A stretch of DNA of 62,209 bases from Phoronis australis (GCA_002633005.1 NMRA01000169.1:323159-385367), one strand, 5' to 3'; positions 51,001 through 62,209 are shown, numbered from the stretch's first letter. Notes: generated by a model from the letters alone, not told the origin. Numbers and translations are program-made.

Positions 51001-54000
51001 TTAAGGTGTTTCAATAGTCTTGCAAAGTCGACAGTATTTTACTGAAGTAAGTGTCGAAAAAGCCATCTTTGTAAGATAATCACAAACACGAAAACGAGGC
51101 TTGTGTCAGGAAAATCAAAGGTGACTTAGTCCATATCTAGGGGTAGCCCAAGCCCTCCTAAAGTTTCAGGAAAATCTGTGACGGTCGATGTAGAACCACC
51201 TGTAAGCGTTTTCAGAAATTGCTACTTAAAGTTTTCAGTCATAAGCCATTTTTAATGAAACGGGTCGCAGCTAGCTTTAATTTGAGCGACTACAATGATA
51301 CCCGAGGTGTTCCGAACGGATGTCTTGAGTCGAAAATGAACATTATTTTCGCATATGCGAACTTCAGCCGTACGGCGCGCTCGTATGACTAAAGTTCGCG
51401 CAAGCTTCAATAACTTTCACCCCAGAGGGTAAATTCGAGGCTACGAAAATACCCAAGGTGTAACGAATAGTCCGAAACGTATTCTTGAACCTATGATGAT
51501 ATCTCCTGACTGAGAGAACTACCTTATAGTCATTCGGCTGTATGACAGCAGTTTTCGTCGAATTGTGAATTCATGGGATTATTGAAAATGTCAGGCCTCT
51601 AAAGCTTCATTTCTGTTCGTATTCGAACGACCTCTATGGTGTCCTAGACGTGTCAATGTTTTACCTTGCTGTGAATGCGGTGGCAGTAGTGCAACTTTAA
51701 CACTTGAAACATTCTTCTGTTCAACGCATACATAATGCTTAGTAAATTTAGCACGAGTCAATTTTATGCTCTCGTAAATGAGACAAGAATTGCGATATTG
51801 ACTAACATTGACTCAAATGTCTTTAAGGTATTGGATGTTAAATCTGAAGCGGAATTGCATGAATTTTGGGAGTTGATGCATCGCATATCTACCATCGAAG
51901 TACCTTTCACTTCAAAAGCCTTCGACTTAACTCCCTACAAGACAATATGTGATCTTGGCGGTAAATATTATTTGCCTCGTTTTCATCCTCTTTACTTTAC
52001 AACAACGTGACTGCAGCTTACATACGTTACGAAGGTATCTATTTGTCTTGCAAAATTTCCACAGGTTTGTTCATCACTCAGTTTCTTACATCAGTTGTGA
52101 TCCACGAACAACGTATGACAATTTTTAAACAGTAAAATGCATTCGTTTTTAGGCACACGATCTTTAAGTAGGTGTTTTGGAATCTAAGTTAATGAATTTC
52201 GGAGGCACATCCGTGTTACAAGTACCGAGAAAACTAGGAGACAGGTCATTTTAGTTGTGAGATATTATCTTATTGCCGTTTGTGAGATAATGATTTTCAA
52301 GTCGATTGTAGAAAGTGTTTTTTTATTGCACTCTGTGTCTAACAACCTCAAAATCCTTTCAGCATAAAGATTGACAAGAGTTAGGTCATTGCACTTACAT
52401 TTGCATTGTTCGCATACCACACAAAAGAAATTCCGATAACTGATGAACTATTTTAGCACCATCATGTTTTCAATATTACTGGGAACGAGCTGTTCGTTTC
52501 TGTGAGGTTTGAAAGACCTGGGGCCTCTTTCTCGAAAAGTCTGTTGGTTTTATCTTTTGACTTCCGGCTAAAATCAGTCTACACTGGGTCTAGGCTGTGT
52601 TACGACGACAGGCTAAGAAAAAGATTGAAGGTAAAAAAAAATGCCTACAATTAGAAGTCTCCAAAAATCAGTGCTCTACAGTCTGCTCGTCTAGACCGAA
52701 GACAAAATGTTTCGAGAAACGCAAAAGGCCTAAACATCATCTTTTTGTTATTCGTAGTCAGCTTTATGTCTTTTGGATAAAGTGAAAAGACAGAAAGCAA
52801 TTTCTTCAAGAAATACTGGGGCCCCAGGGCTGCGTTCTGTCAAGGCTAGTATGGCTAGTATGATCACGTGATTCGCGTGTAATGTTTGGAGATATCGCGC
52901 AAAGACTTGTATTAACTTGCGTTTTTGTGAGTTTCATGGGTCTACGTAATGCAGGGCGGTCGCATGTAGATTTCATGTAGCATATGCAATTACTGAAGAT
53001 GGAAGTACATTGGTATATCACGGGTTTTCCCGGCACGTATATCAGGCGGAATAACATACTCAATATTGACGAGGTTATGGTTTTTTCATTACTACAAGCA
53101 AATATAAAACAACAATGGTGGTGCAGAGAATTAGCCCCGGAAACGAATCATTATTTCCAGGCTTATGCATACTCAGTGATCGATTACTCATAAGTAAGAA
53201 TATAACATTGAGCAATAACAACGAGGTGGTGCTAAGAACAAAGTTTCTTCTTTTTGACATCTAATCAGACCAAGGGCATAAAGCACTTTATCAGCTGACT
53301 ACCTGAAAGCAAGGGTGCATTGCAAGAAATGTAATCTCACGATTACAGCTAGCGCAGTCACAGGCTTCTCTTGTTCGCTATAATGAGATTTTGCGTGATC
53401 CTGCTTTTTCGTGAGTGTCTTTTGTCTGCAGAATGCAGCCCAGAGTATATTTGTATTGAATTATATTGTTCACTGTGGTTATTTACTGCTGGGATGTTTG
53501 GTACATTTTATTTCACTAATTAAGTACTCCCAGATAGGCCGAGGGTTGATGCATGGAACTTTCTTAGAAAAATGTCCAAATATGGCTAACTTTGGAACAC
53601 CATACCTCAGAAATGAGTGGTTGGATTTGTACGAAACTTTCATGATACTATTGTCCAAAACGCTGTAAGTATATGAGGGTCTATCAAACATACGACTCTT
53701 ACTATTATTTTCATGAAAAAAATAAAAGTTGCATGACACAAAAACAAAACGATAATTTAGAAAACTGTAACAGTGTTTTTGAGATTTCCTCATGGATATT
53801 TATATCAAACGAAATTTGGACATGTTGCTGTTGCAGAGGTTCCCCTATGGATGCACTTTTCTGTTTTTGCTAAATTTTACTAATAAGACATGGTCACGTG
53901 ACCCAAGTAAGGCCAGATTGGTATGAAATCAAAAATAAAATTCTACAGGATTTCTAATTTCAGAAATATTTTTTTATGAATTAAATCAATACTTCAGTTG

Positions 54001-57000
54001 ATCATTGGATAGATTCAGACTTGCTAATAAGCTAAAGCAGTCAGTCGTTTTTATAGGGTGCACCGGAGCTTTCTTGCTAGGAGTGGCCGAGAGATACCCC
54101 GACTGCGAGCTGATTTTGTTCGATTTGCCGCCAGTAATAAAAAAAGCCCCTCGTCTTGAAGGCTCCAAGTTCAAGGGGAGAATCCGACTCGTAGAAGGTA
54201 TTCATTGTGTAATCCACATTCGGTTAACAAGTAATTCAAGCACGATATTGCCTTATTATTCAAGTGTTTCCAATCATCAGATTGAAAAGCAGATCGGAAC
54301 TCTGATTTAACGTCTGAAAAACATACCTAAACGCTTCTCAAACGTCTGACCTGAAATCAGACGACAGATATGTCCTTTAGAAACTTATATTCCTACCACG
54401 TGATTTCTGTTCGCCCATGGTGATCGCACGTAAGTATTATCATTTCCGTCATTAAAGGCGAAGGCAACCTTTTTTCATGTCATTTTGAGCTAAAATAAGG
54501 TTGGTTGGTTATCCTAGACATATTTTCCACTTAATTACAGTTTTTCGTAATTTTGTTAATTACTCGTCCGCTACTCCGGAAGTGACGTTTTAGGAGGCAA
54601 GCATTTCGCGCCAATTTCTTTTCATATAGTCTGACTGTGAGAGCTGCCGACTCAGTCATTGTTCTACCTCGGTTGTGTTAATTTCCGTCGTCGTTTGCTT
54701 TCATTTACTAGTCAGTCAACATGCCACACTGTTGCGGCGTACCGGGATGTACTANNNNNNNNNNNNNNNNNNNNNNNNNNNNNNNNNNNNNNACGATAAT
54801 TTAGAAAACTGTAACAGTGTTTTTGAGATTTCCTCATGGATATTTATATCAAACGAAATTTGGACATGTTGCTGTTGCAGAGGTTCCCCTATGGATGCAC
54901 TTTTCTGTTTTTGCTAAATTTTACTAATAAGACATGGTCACGTGACCCAAGTAAGGCCAGATTGGTATGAAATCAAAAATAAAATTCTACAGGATTTCTA
55001 ATTTCAGAAATATTTTTTTATGAATTAAATCAATACTTCAGTTGATCATTGGATAGATTCAGACTTGCTAATAAGCTAAAGCAGTCAGTCGTTTTTATAG
55101 GGTGCACCGGAGCTTTCTTGCTAGGAGTGGCCGAGAGATACCCCGACTGCGAGCTGATTTTGTTCGATTTGCCGCCAGTAATAAAAAAAGCCCCTCGTCT
55201 TGAAGGCTCCAAGTTCAAGGGGAGAATCCGACTCGTAGAAGGTATTCATTGTGTAATCCACATTCGGTTAACAAGTAATTCAAGCACGATATTGCCTTAT
55301 TATTCAAGTGTTTCCAATCATCAGATCGAAAAGCAGATCGGAACTCTGATTTAACGTCTGAAAAACATACCTAAACGCTTCTCAAACGTCTGACCTCAAA
55401 TCAGACGACAGATATGTCCTTTAGAAACTTGTATTCCTACCACGTGATTTCTGTTCGCCCATGGTGATCGCACGTAAGTATTATCATTTCCGTCATTAAT
55501 ATTACGGTTATTATTCGTAATAGGGTACACGGGAGGCATTTGGGATGCTCGTTTGAAGCAGCTGGTCTGCCTTTTAATTAGATGTCTTATTGGCTTCCAT
55601 ATAAATGATGCACGAGAACTCGGTATTGGGGATACAGGATTAATCACATGGATTGCACTTTTATCAGACGCTTGACCTTAATGGGCAAAGTAGTCCTTGT
55701 TATTTTTTTGACATGGACTAACTTATAAAACATTTTAAAATTTGTTTTCTTTTCAAGCAACAGATTACTTATGTGAAAAAGTTGAGTTTGCTTTGAACTT
55801 TTGTTATCCAGTAAAGCGCGACACATCAAATTTCACAGTGACGTCATACTGTATTAAACACTGAGCGTAGTAGCGTTACGTAATAGAAACGTTGATCATA
55901 AGATACTGGGAGAGAATTTGATCTATACTCTCGCTGTTTCAGGTGACTTTTTCAATGGTGACATACCTAGTGCTGACCTCTATGTACTGAGTAGGATACT
56001 GCATGACTGGAACAAGGCACACGAGATGGTCAAAGGTCTGCTGAACAAGATTTATCGGAACCTTCCCAAAGGTACAAGAGTGTTGGTCGGTAAACCCGCA
56101 TAGTGAAAGTGTAAAATCAAGTGCTATACACATCACACTTGAATTGCACATCAAATATTGTTGTGCATACTTCGAAATTGCGATCGCATGAACACATTTA
56201 TTTTAAGAAACAATACGGCAAATATAACTGCACGGGAAACAAGACCTTCTTCACACGAAAAATTTATGTTTTCTTGCTTTTCGCTTGTCACTCCTTCATT
56301 TGCAATTTTAATCTTCCGGCAAACTCGTGAAGTTAAACATTCACTTGGCTCATTGGCTGGCATTCGGGTCACTACTTGACGACATTAGGTAAAAAGCTAG
56401 GGGTAGAAGATATCAGACGATTTGATTCGTTGTTGTTAGGGAAAGGCAAGAGAACTCCGTTTGCAGTTTTCTAAACGTGTCAACGGAATTCGGTTTGTTT
56501 AGCACTAACACACTAGACAAAAATTTTCCTCTAATTATTTTGGTTTACATCTATTTCACCAAGCGATGAAAAGCTCTACGTGGGCCTTCAGCTGTTAAGA
56601 AATGAGTGGTGCCGGCTTTCCATTTACCCTCTGTTGCGAAACCATTGGAGCAAGTTGTTTGATCTTGGTGATATGCTCTCACATAATTTTGTTTGGACTG
56701 CGTGCTGTTGGAACTTTAAATTAAGTTTCATGTATGCTTTGACCTGACCGTTTTTTTGATGTTTTTCATCCCGCACAATAATTGCAGATTGACATCCTAA
56801 GTTACAGAAAACTACAATGATCAGAAAAGCTTTAATCTGACGATTTTACCATTTTTAAAATGTAAGTCGATTCGAATTGCAAGAAATTGCACTTTTTTAT
56901 GGAAATTGTGTCTTTGTTTCGATATCTAAAAAAGTCCTGGATGGACAAATGATTTTCTATTGAGGAGGGCACGGCTTAAATTGACTTTCGGCTAGTCCGA

Positions 57001-57804
57001 ATACTGTGGAACCTCCAAGTGGCAACTTAGCTTTTTGCCCCTACCTCGATATGTACAAAGTTCCTTGATGTGTTCCAAATGAGAATACACCAGAGGTTGA
57101 TTTTTTAGATGAGTCTGAGTACTGTCGTATTCCCTAGTGTCAATTTAGTTTTGTTTTGCGCTATCCTCAAATAAGACGATTTAAATCAATTCTGCGTCTG
57201 CTCCAATGTCTACCAATTTCTCTATTTAGATTTCTGTAATTTTACGTATGTCACTCATTTGAAGAGAGCGCAGCTGAAAAGAGTTCTTCCAAATCCGGCG
57301 TCTTTTCTATACTCTGCCACTTGCGTGTTGAGACCTTAGGTTAGCAACGACCGAATACCAAGCCTCGGTGTGGGATTGAAATCCTGCGCTCAGGACAAAA
57401 CAACGTGCTTGGCTCTGGGAGTTTGTTTGATTTAGATCCGGCATGCTTTTTAAGAAGTCGTATTCAACCGTTGCTATCCATGTGGCGGTCAAGATATATG
57501 GTGACAATATGTTGTCACCCAAACATCCAGCTGCATACATGTAGACTAAAAACATTGCTTGCTTTATGATTATATGAAAACGTTGTCAACAGGTGGTGGC
57601 CTACTCATCATCGAACAGCTACTGGACGAGGATAAGAAAGGACCAATGAGAACTCTTCTCTTTTCAATGTGGATGGCGTGCATCCAAGAAGGAAAGGAGC
57701 TGGCATTCTCCCAGTACAAGACCATGCTTGAAGGTGTTGGTTTCACCGACGTGCAGGTCAAAAAGAGTCCATATATTTGTGCTATTCTCGCTAAAAAAGA
57801 TTGA
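38947..57804 (+). CDS. ASMT: ASMT/HIOMT-like SAM-dependent methyltransferase (dimerisation domain + Methyltransf_2); 7 exons, 1050 nt, 349 aa
   Basis: join(38947-39024,40091-40268,49418-49596,51828-51960,[54057-54197 or 55101-55241],55943-56071,57593-57804). GT-AG introns with phases 0,1,0,1,1,1. Motifs LGVFEIL, AFDL..Y..ICDLGGCTG, FDLP.V, GDFF, ADLYVLSRILHDW, GGGLLIIE.LLDED..GP, AILAKK are colinear with vertebrate ASMT. Family call is firm; orthology and substrate are not. Confidence 0.9.
39319..40055. mobile_element. Foldback/MITE element with ~300 bp inverted arms
   Basis: CACAGGCGTCCTCAGC ... GCTGAGGACGCCTGTG; direct repeat TAGATAAG at 39311-39318 and 40056-40063 (target-site duplication). 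Confidence 0.92.
40091..40268 (+). CDS. ASMT: ASMT-like exon 2 (dimerisation domain)
   Basis: cag|VLNAALNLGVFEILDKAGEPLSA...FLNVCVGLKLLEKKLSDKAE G|gtatg. Confidence 0.93.
40375..40772 (+). repeat. Dispersed ~400 bp repeat; inverted diverged copy at about 47825-48206
   Basis: tatggcgaccacctttgacttgaat vs attcaagtcaaaggtggtcgccata; gcattgatgcccac vs gtgggcatcaatgc. Confidence 0.85.
41250..42850 (+). pseudogene. Decayed pogo/Tigger-like DDE_1 transposase in methyltransferase intron 2 (element about 40770-43155)
   Basis: Frameshifted peptides VNYDETNLS, IFRRGVKYPDR, YNRSKSAWFGAITFLDWF, KILIGDKLSSHL, FVCLPSNSTHLTQP; pogo-like end ccaagttcacccactttgcgg at about 43135-43155. Confidence 0.85.
43197..44032 (+). 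repeat. Near-identical tandem duplicate, copy A
   Basis: Matches 44337-45195, which starts right after a single N at 44336. Confidence 0.93.
44337..45195 (+). repeat. Near-identical tandem duplicate, copy B
   Basis: Matches 43197-44032 with SNPs and one indel of about 24 nt. Confidence 0.93.
47825..48206 (-). repeat. Inverted copy of the 40375-40772 repeat
   Basis: Reverse-complement similarity along its length. Confidence 0.85.
49418..49596 (+). CDS. ASMT: ASMT-like exon 3
   Basis: cag|(G)LYTNAPMTKQWLLKGSPTSLASFL...NLEESVRSGTCQW...LNWSE|gtaac; Y.N, SPTS and L..VR.G..Q motifs of the ASMT family. Confidence 0.88.
51828..51960 (+). CDS. ASMT: ASMT-like exon 4
   Basis: aag|VLDVKSEAELHEFWELMHRIS...AFDLTPYKTICDLG G|gtaaat; AAG acceptor is somewhat weak. 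Confidence 0.88.
53749..54455 (+). repeat. Near-identical duplicate copy A containing methyltransferase exon 5
   Basis: Matches 54793-55499 at an offset of 1044 with only a few SNPs. Confidence 0.95.
54057..54197 (+). CDS. ASMT: ASMT-like exon 5, copy A
   Basis: tag|(G)CTGAFLLGVAERYPDCELILFDLPPVIKKA...RIRLVE G|gtatt; 141 nt, phase 1-1. Confidence 0.88.
54456..54754. mobile_element. Left end of a TTAA-inserted (Kolobok-like) element running into the gap
   Basis: ttaa|AGGCGAAGGCAACC...; absent at the equivalent TTAA (55496-55499) of copy B. Confidence 0.55.
54755..54792. other. Assembly gap
   Basis: Run of N. Confidence 0.99.
55101..55241 (+). CDS. ASMT: ASMT-like exon 5, copy B (identical peptide)
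   Basis: Same sequence and splice sites as 54057-54197. Confidence 0.88.
55943..56071 (+). CDS. ASMT: ASMT-like exon 6 (GDFF and catalytic HDW)
   Basis: cag|(G)DFFNGDIPSADLYVLSRILHDWNKAHEMVKGLLNKIYRNLPK G|gtaca. Confidence 0.95.
57593..57804 (+). CDS. ASMT: ASMT-like exon 7 (terminal)
   Basis: cag|(G)GGLLIIEQLLDEDKKGPMRTLLFSMWMACIQEGKE...GFTDVQVKKSPYICAILAKKD TGA. Confidence 0.95.
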
Positions 57805-57858
57805 TTCAACAGTACCATGATTGAACATTCTGTTGTATTTTCCTGGGTAACAGACACC

Positions 57859-57864
57859 AATAAA
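57859..57864 (+). terminator. Possible polyadenylation signal of the methyltransferase
   Basis: AATAAA about 55 nt after the stop codon; a common hexamer in AT-rich DNA. Confidence 0.3.
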
Positions 57865-58726
57865 GCAGGAATTGATGACTATGATTCATTATATTTGCAC
57901 GAGCTAAGTTTTAAAAACAGATTATTCAAAGCTACCAAGTTATCTAATTCTGCTACTTACTGCGGCCCAACTTATAGCATCTATGCGGCCAGAGACCCCG
58001 CATTCCGTCACCATCATTTTCTTACTTAGAACACTAACCAATATGAACATGGTCTCACATATTTCCTCAGTCAAAATAGGAATGACTTCTAGGCTTGGAA
58101 AGAGGTGACATTTCGTTGCTTGAGACAAATTGACTTGTCACGGCGTGTCATTTTATTGGGTGAGCATGTTGTACAGCAATAACGAAATGTCAGTTCCTTG
58201 TAAGACAAAACCAGTTCTTTTCTTAGTGAAGAACAGGTTGAGACCAGTTTAATAGTGGTAAGAAGAATATATCTAAAGTTAGTTTCTTCGACGGAAATGC
58301 ACTGTTTATGTGCGCTTTAATTGCTCTATACTGTGTAAATGTATCACAATTCACGCAGAAGAAGGACAGAAGCCGTACGTATCCAGTTACGTGGACCACA
58401 AAGGGTTTCAGATTTGATAAGCAACCCAAAAGAGTGCCAACTAAGATGTCCTATTTCGTCATCGCTACCAGGGGGCGAGTGTTCACAGATTATATTCATT
58501 GTTCGCCAAAACAGCTGCTAATTACTTTGCACAGAGCTGGAGATATTCATATTACAAAATCCAGCAAAAAATTGCATAGTTTGTGTAACGAACACACTAT
58601 TTGTGTAAAACTGTAATTTCTTATGACAACTAAATTTCCACTTGGTATACCGACACCGAGATGCCAAGTAGGCGAATACATCAAGGTGGCCATGTCTGAC
58701 CTTTGAACTCAAACGTGTTCTGTTAA

Positions 58727-60340
58727 AGAAGAATGCCACCCGATTCAATTAGTCTTTTTTGCCGTCTTAATCGGTCTATATCCACTTCACCTCGCATACG
58801 GTCGACCTTACCTTGCTAAGAGGTGTCGCGTTAACCTGTGAGGAAGGTGAGAAACGACGTTAGCGACGTCAGTGGTTCATATGCAGAGTGAATGCCGCTA
58901 TGTTGCTGTGCATCGTTCCCGCTTGTCCGAAATAAGCAGCTTCGAGGAAAGCGGATATTTCGTTTTTTTTTTACTTCCTCCAGAGTCCGCAATGCTTAGG
59001 AAGTGGCTCATGGTAGTGAAGAATGAAATGTACGCTGTAAATAGCAAGTATGAGGCCGCGAAATGTCTCCGTGTCTGTGGCTTGAAGACATCGACAGTGC
59101 CTGACGAATGCCGGCTTACCAAATAACTCCATACGTTCCGTTGTCTGAGCTTGTTCAAGGCGCCTCTCAAGTGTTTCTTCATCACTGTATCCCTGTTCGA
59201 ATGGATAGCCTGTAAAACTTAACGATCCACCTGCGAAGTCGGAACTGATGAGCTTTAGCTCGTCCTAAGTCGGGATTGCGAGTTACCATGTTGGCTTTTA
59301 TTACTGCGCGTTCTGTTTCAAAATGAATTATTCTCACCCTAACCAATACTTATATAAAACTGAAACAAAGTCTGTCTCTTTAGATGCAATTTGTAATGCC
59401 TTCGGAGTGTTCGTGAGTGCAAATGATTTGAGAAGCCAGCAATGAATAAATCACTGCGTTACCGGCTTTAGATGCAATAAAACTAATTGACGGGACACCG
59501 AGGCCGTGTGAGTTCATGCTAATTTAGTGTTTGCTGGCGGAAACTGTTGTGAAACAACTCGATTTCCATCCCTCGGCCAGGTGTTAGGGGAATCTTTATT
59601 TACATTACTCAAATAATGATTGTCAATGCACAACTTCTGCCCTGACGATGCTGTGGCCAAAGTGGAACCTAAATTCGCAGCCCCCGATGAGTAAGTAGAT
59701 TTGCAGTTTCGTGGCTAAATCACCAACATAATCAGGTGCACATTACTTTGGCTCACTAGTATAGTATTTTCTTGACTGGAAGTTTAGTTTCCACTGAACT
59801 TTGGCTGGTTTATGTTCGTGATGTCTGATCAGTTTCCGAGCCACTGGCCGGGATAACAAGCGTTTTGTGTTTAGAACTCAGAAAATCACAAGTCTAAACA
59901 ACACAGATCTAGGTTCTCTTGTCTGTATCTCACGGAAAATACGTCGAAATTATCTCCGAACAAACCCCAAACTCCTGCTACGGACGTTATTGGCCTGCCG
60001 AACTTTGTAGGCTACGGTGTGTCCAAATACCAATAAATCCGTAAGAGCGAAATAAAACAACACTTTTTTATGTGAAATCGGTGTATTTTTAAGGGTTTTA
60101 CATCGAAGTTTGATAATTTATTGGTGTTAAACGATGACTTCAAGCGATAAACTGACACCAGAAACCCGTGTCGTGAACTGCTGAACAGACTGCGTGTGAA
60201 ACCGATGACGTCATTGGATAATTTCAACACCTCCGTCTGCCGTCAGGTGTCAGGTAACGCAACCGTACGTGTCGTTATAGAGTAGAGCTACTCGATCTAA
60301 ATTGATACAAATTAGGTTGTTTTTTGGGTGGCATGCTCCT
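58727..60340. mobile_element. Second (inverted) copy of the internally deleted Kolobok-like element
   Basis: ttaa|AGAAGAATGCCACCC ... GGGTGGCATGCTCCT|ttaa; reverse complement of 24388-26004. Confidence 0.85.
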
Positions 60341-61216
60341 TTAACTGTATTTTAAACGTACCCAGTGAACGTCGTCCCATAACTGTATTTTAGAATTAAC
60401 TTGTCAGTCAATTCAAAGCCGGTCGCTTGGGAATAGGATTTATGGGCGTAAACTGAATGGTTCCATGACAAAACAAACTCACAATATCTAAGCATTGATG
60501 TCATAAATTCTTGACTAAGCGTAAATTTAACTGGTAGCAAACTAGTTATAAATACAACACCAAGGGAACTAAAGAAACCAGCCAACTTCGCAAAACATAC
60601 ATTTGTGTTTTTAACTGTGCACTGAGGTTTATCAAACGTGTATGATTGTAAGACAAAACTACTATATCGTCTACTGTAACAAAACTTTGTTACACCTTCT
60701 CCATTTCTACAATCATGTATGCATCTGATACACTTCCACTCAGCGATGTGAAGTAAGGTGTGACATTATGATCGGTAAACCAAAAAGAAAATACAAATGA
60801 AAAGGTGTTAGAGCGATAGAGAAAATATCTAAAACGCTGCATCAAGTCTTTGGGTCAGGATAGTGACCAAATTGAGACTGGTGAAAACAATGGCATCAAC
60901 GCGAAATAACTATTAAACAGCAATCCGAGAAGGGTTCGAGGAAGGCGAACGGTTGCTAAGAACGAAGGAAAGGAATTGTTAAAACTACTCACAAGTACTC
61001 AGATAACTTACAACTTCAATCGCTCAGAAATCTTATGCAAATAATGAAAAATTTTGAGTCATATCACATTACAAGCCCTACAGATGATTACAGAAACTTT
61101 ATTCTCTCTTGTATTTTTTATCCTTTCACTCCTCCTCAAAAGCAAGTTAGGCTAAAAAAGGGGTAAAAACAAAAAATCGGCACTTTTTACAAGCAAACCA
61201 TAATACTCAGTCAAGA

Positions 61217-62081
61217 ACTCGCCCTTGCCATCGCCCTCGCCCTCGCGTTAGACCTAGCCCTATCCCTACCCTTAGCCAAAGCCCTAGCACTAGCCCTAGC
61301 CCTGACCCTAGCCCTGGCCCTAGCCCTAGCCATAGCACTGACAACAATATCCCTAATCCTAACAACAACAACCCCAACCCTAACCCCAACCCAAACAACA
61401 ACAACCCTAACCATAGCCCTAACCCTAACTGTAACTGTAACCCTAACAATAACCCTAATACAAACCCTAACCCTAACCCTAACTCTAAGCCTAACCCTAA
61501 TCACAACCTTCACAACAACGCTAAACATATCCCTAACCCTAACCACAACCCTAAACACAACCCCAAACCTAACCCAAACCCTCATCCTAACCCTAAGCCT
61601 AACCCTACCTAACCCTAACCTAACACTAATCTAACCCTATTACTAGCCTGGTCCTGGCCCTGGCCTTGGCCTGGGTCTGACCCTGGCCCTGGTCCCGGAC
61701 CTGGCCCTAACCTAACCCTAGTCCAAGCCCTAGACTTAGCCCAAGCCCTAAACCCTAATCCTAACTCTAACCCTAACCCTTACCCAAACCCTAACCCTAA
61801 CCCTAAACCTAACCCTAATTCTAACCTCAACCTTTACCACAACCCTAAACCTATCCCTAACCCTAACTACAATCCTAATCCCAACCCTAACCCTAACCCT
61901 AACCACAACCTTTACCACAACCTCAACCCTAACCCTACCCTTAACCCTAACCCGAACCCGAACCCTAACCCTAACCCTAACCCCGTTAACCACCTAACCC
62001 CCTAACCCTGACCCTGACCCCGTACCCGGACCAAAGACCCTGAACCCCGGACCCCAACCCCGACCCTAACCCTAACCCTAA
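61217..62081. repeat. Degenerate interstitial telomere-like (TAACCC)n array
   Basis: Hexamers TAACCC with variant blocks TAGCCC, TGGCCC, TGACCC, CGAACC; unique sequence resumes after 62081. Confidence 0.92.
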
Positions 62082-62209
62082 CTAGTTGAGTAGAAAAATG
62101 GCCTCCGTGCATCCCCGGACTTCAACTCATAAGTTGCATTTTTGCAAACAAAAATGTGCCTGAAAACTAAAAGAAAAAGATGTTAACAAGCCGAAAAAGT
62201 GTCCCACGT

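Noticed and set aside
54057-55241. Two methyltransferase genes
   Set aside because: Only exon 5 is duplicated, next to a gap; all other exons are single
61207-61993. ORFs rich in VR or LG dipeptides
   Set aside because: Translations of the (TAACCC)n array

Overview
AT-rich, intron- and repeat-rich animal (probably invertebrate) genomic DNA with several N gaps. Splicing by hand at GT-AG boundaries gives: (i) the last two exons of an unidentified gene (45-1320, +); (ii) a complete 11-coding-exon aromatic L-amino-acid (DOPA) decarboxylase, DDC/AADC (19456-33698, +, 479 aa); (iii) about 5.2 kb downstream on the same strand, a complete 7-exon ASMT/HIOMT-like SAM-dependent methyltransferase (38947-57804, +, 349 aa). 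The methyltransferase keeps its catalytic and SAM motifs but has changed substrate-pocket residues. The decarboxylase + methyltransferase pair is the main finding: a candidate animal biosynthetic gene cluster for a methylated arylethylamine. The rest is non-autonomous or decayed transposons (Kolobok-like, pogo-like, foldback, Helentron-like, LINE and Penelope fragments), one old tandem duplication, three near-identical duplications next to Ns that are probably haplotype assembly artefacts, and a degenerate (TAACCC)n array. Comparisons to human proteins are from memory, not from a search.
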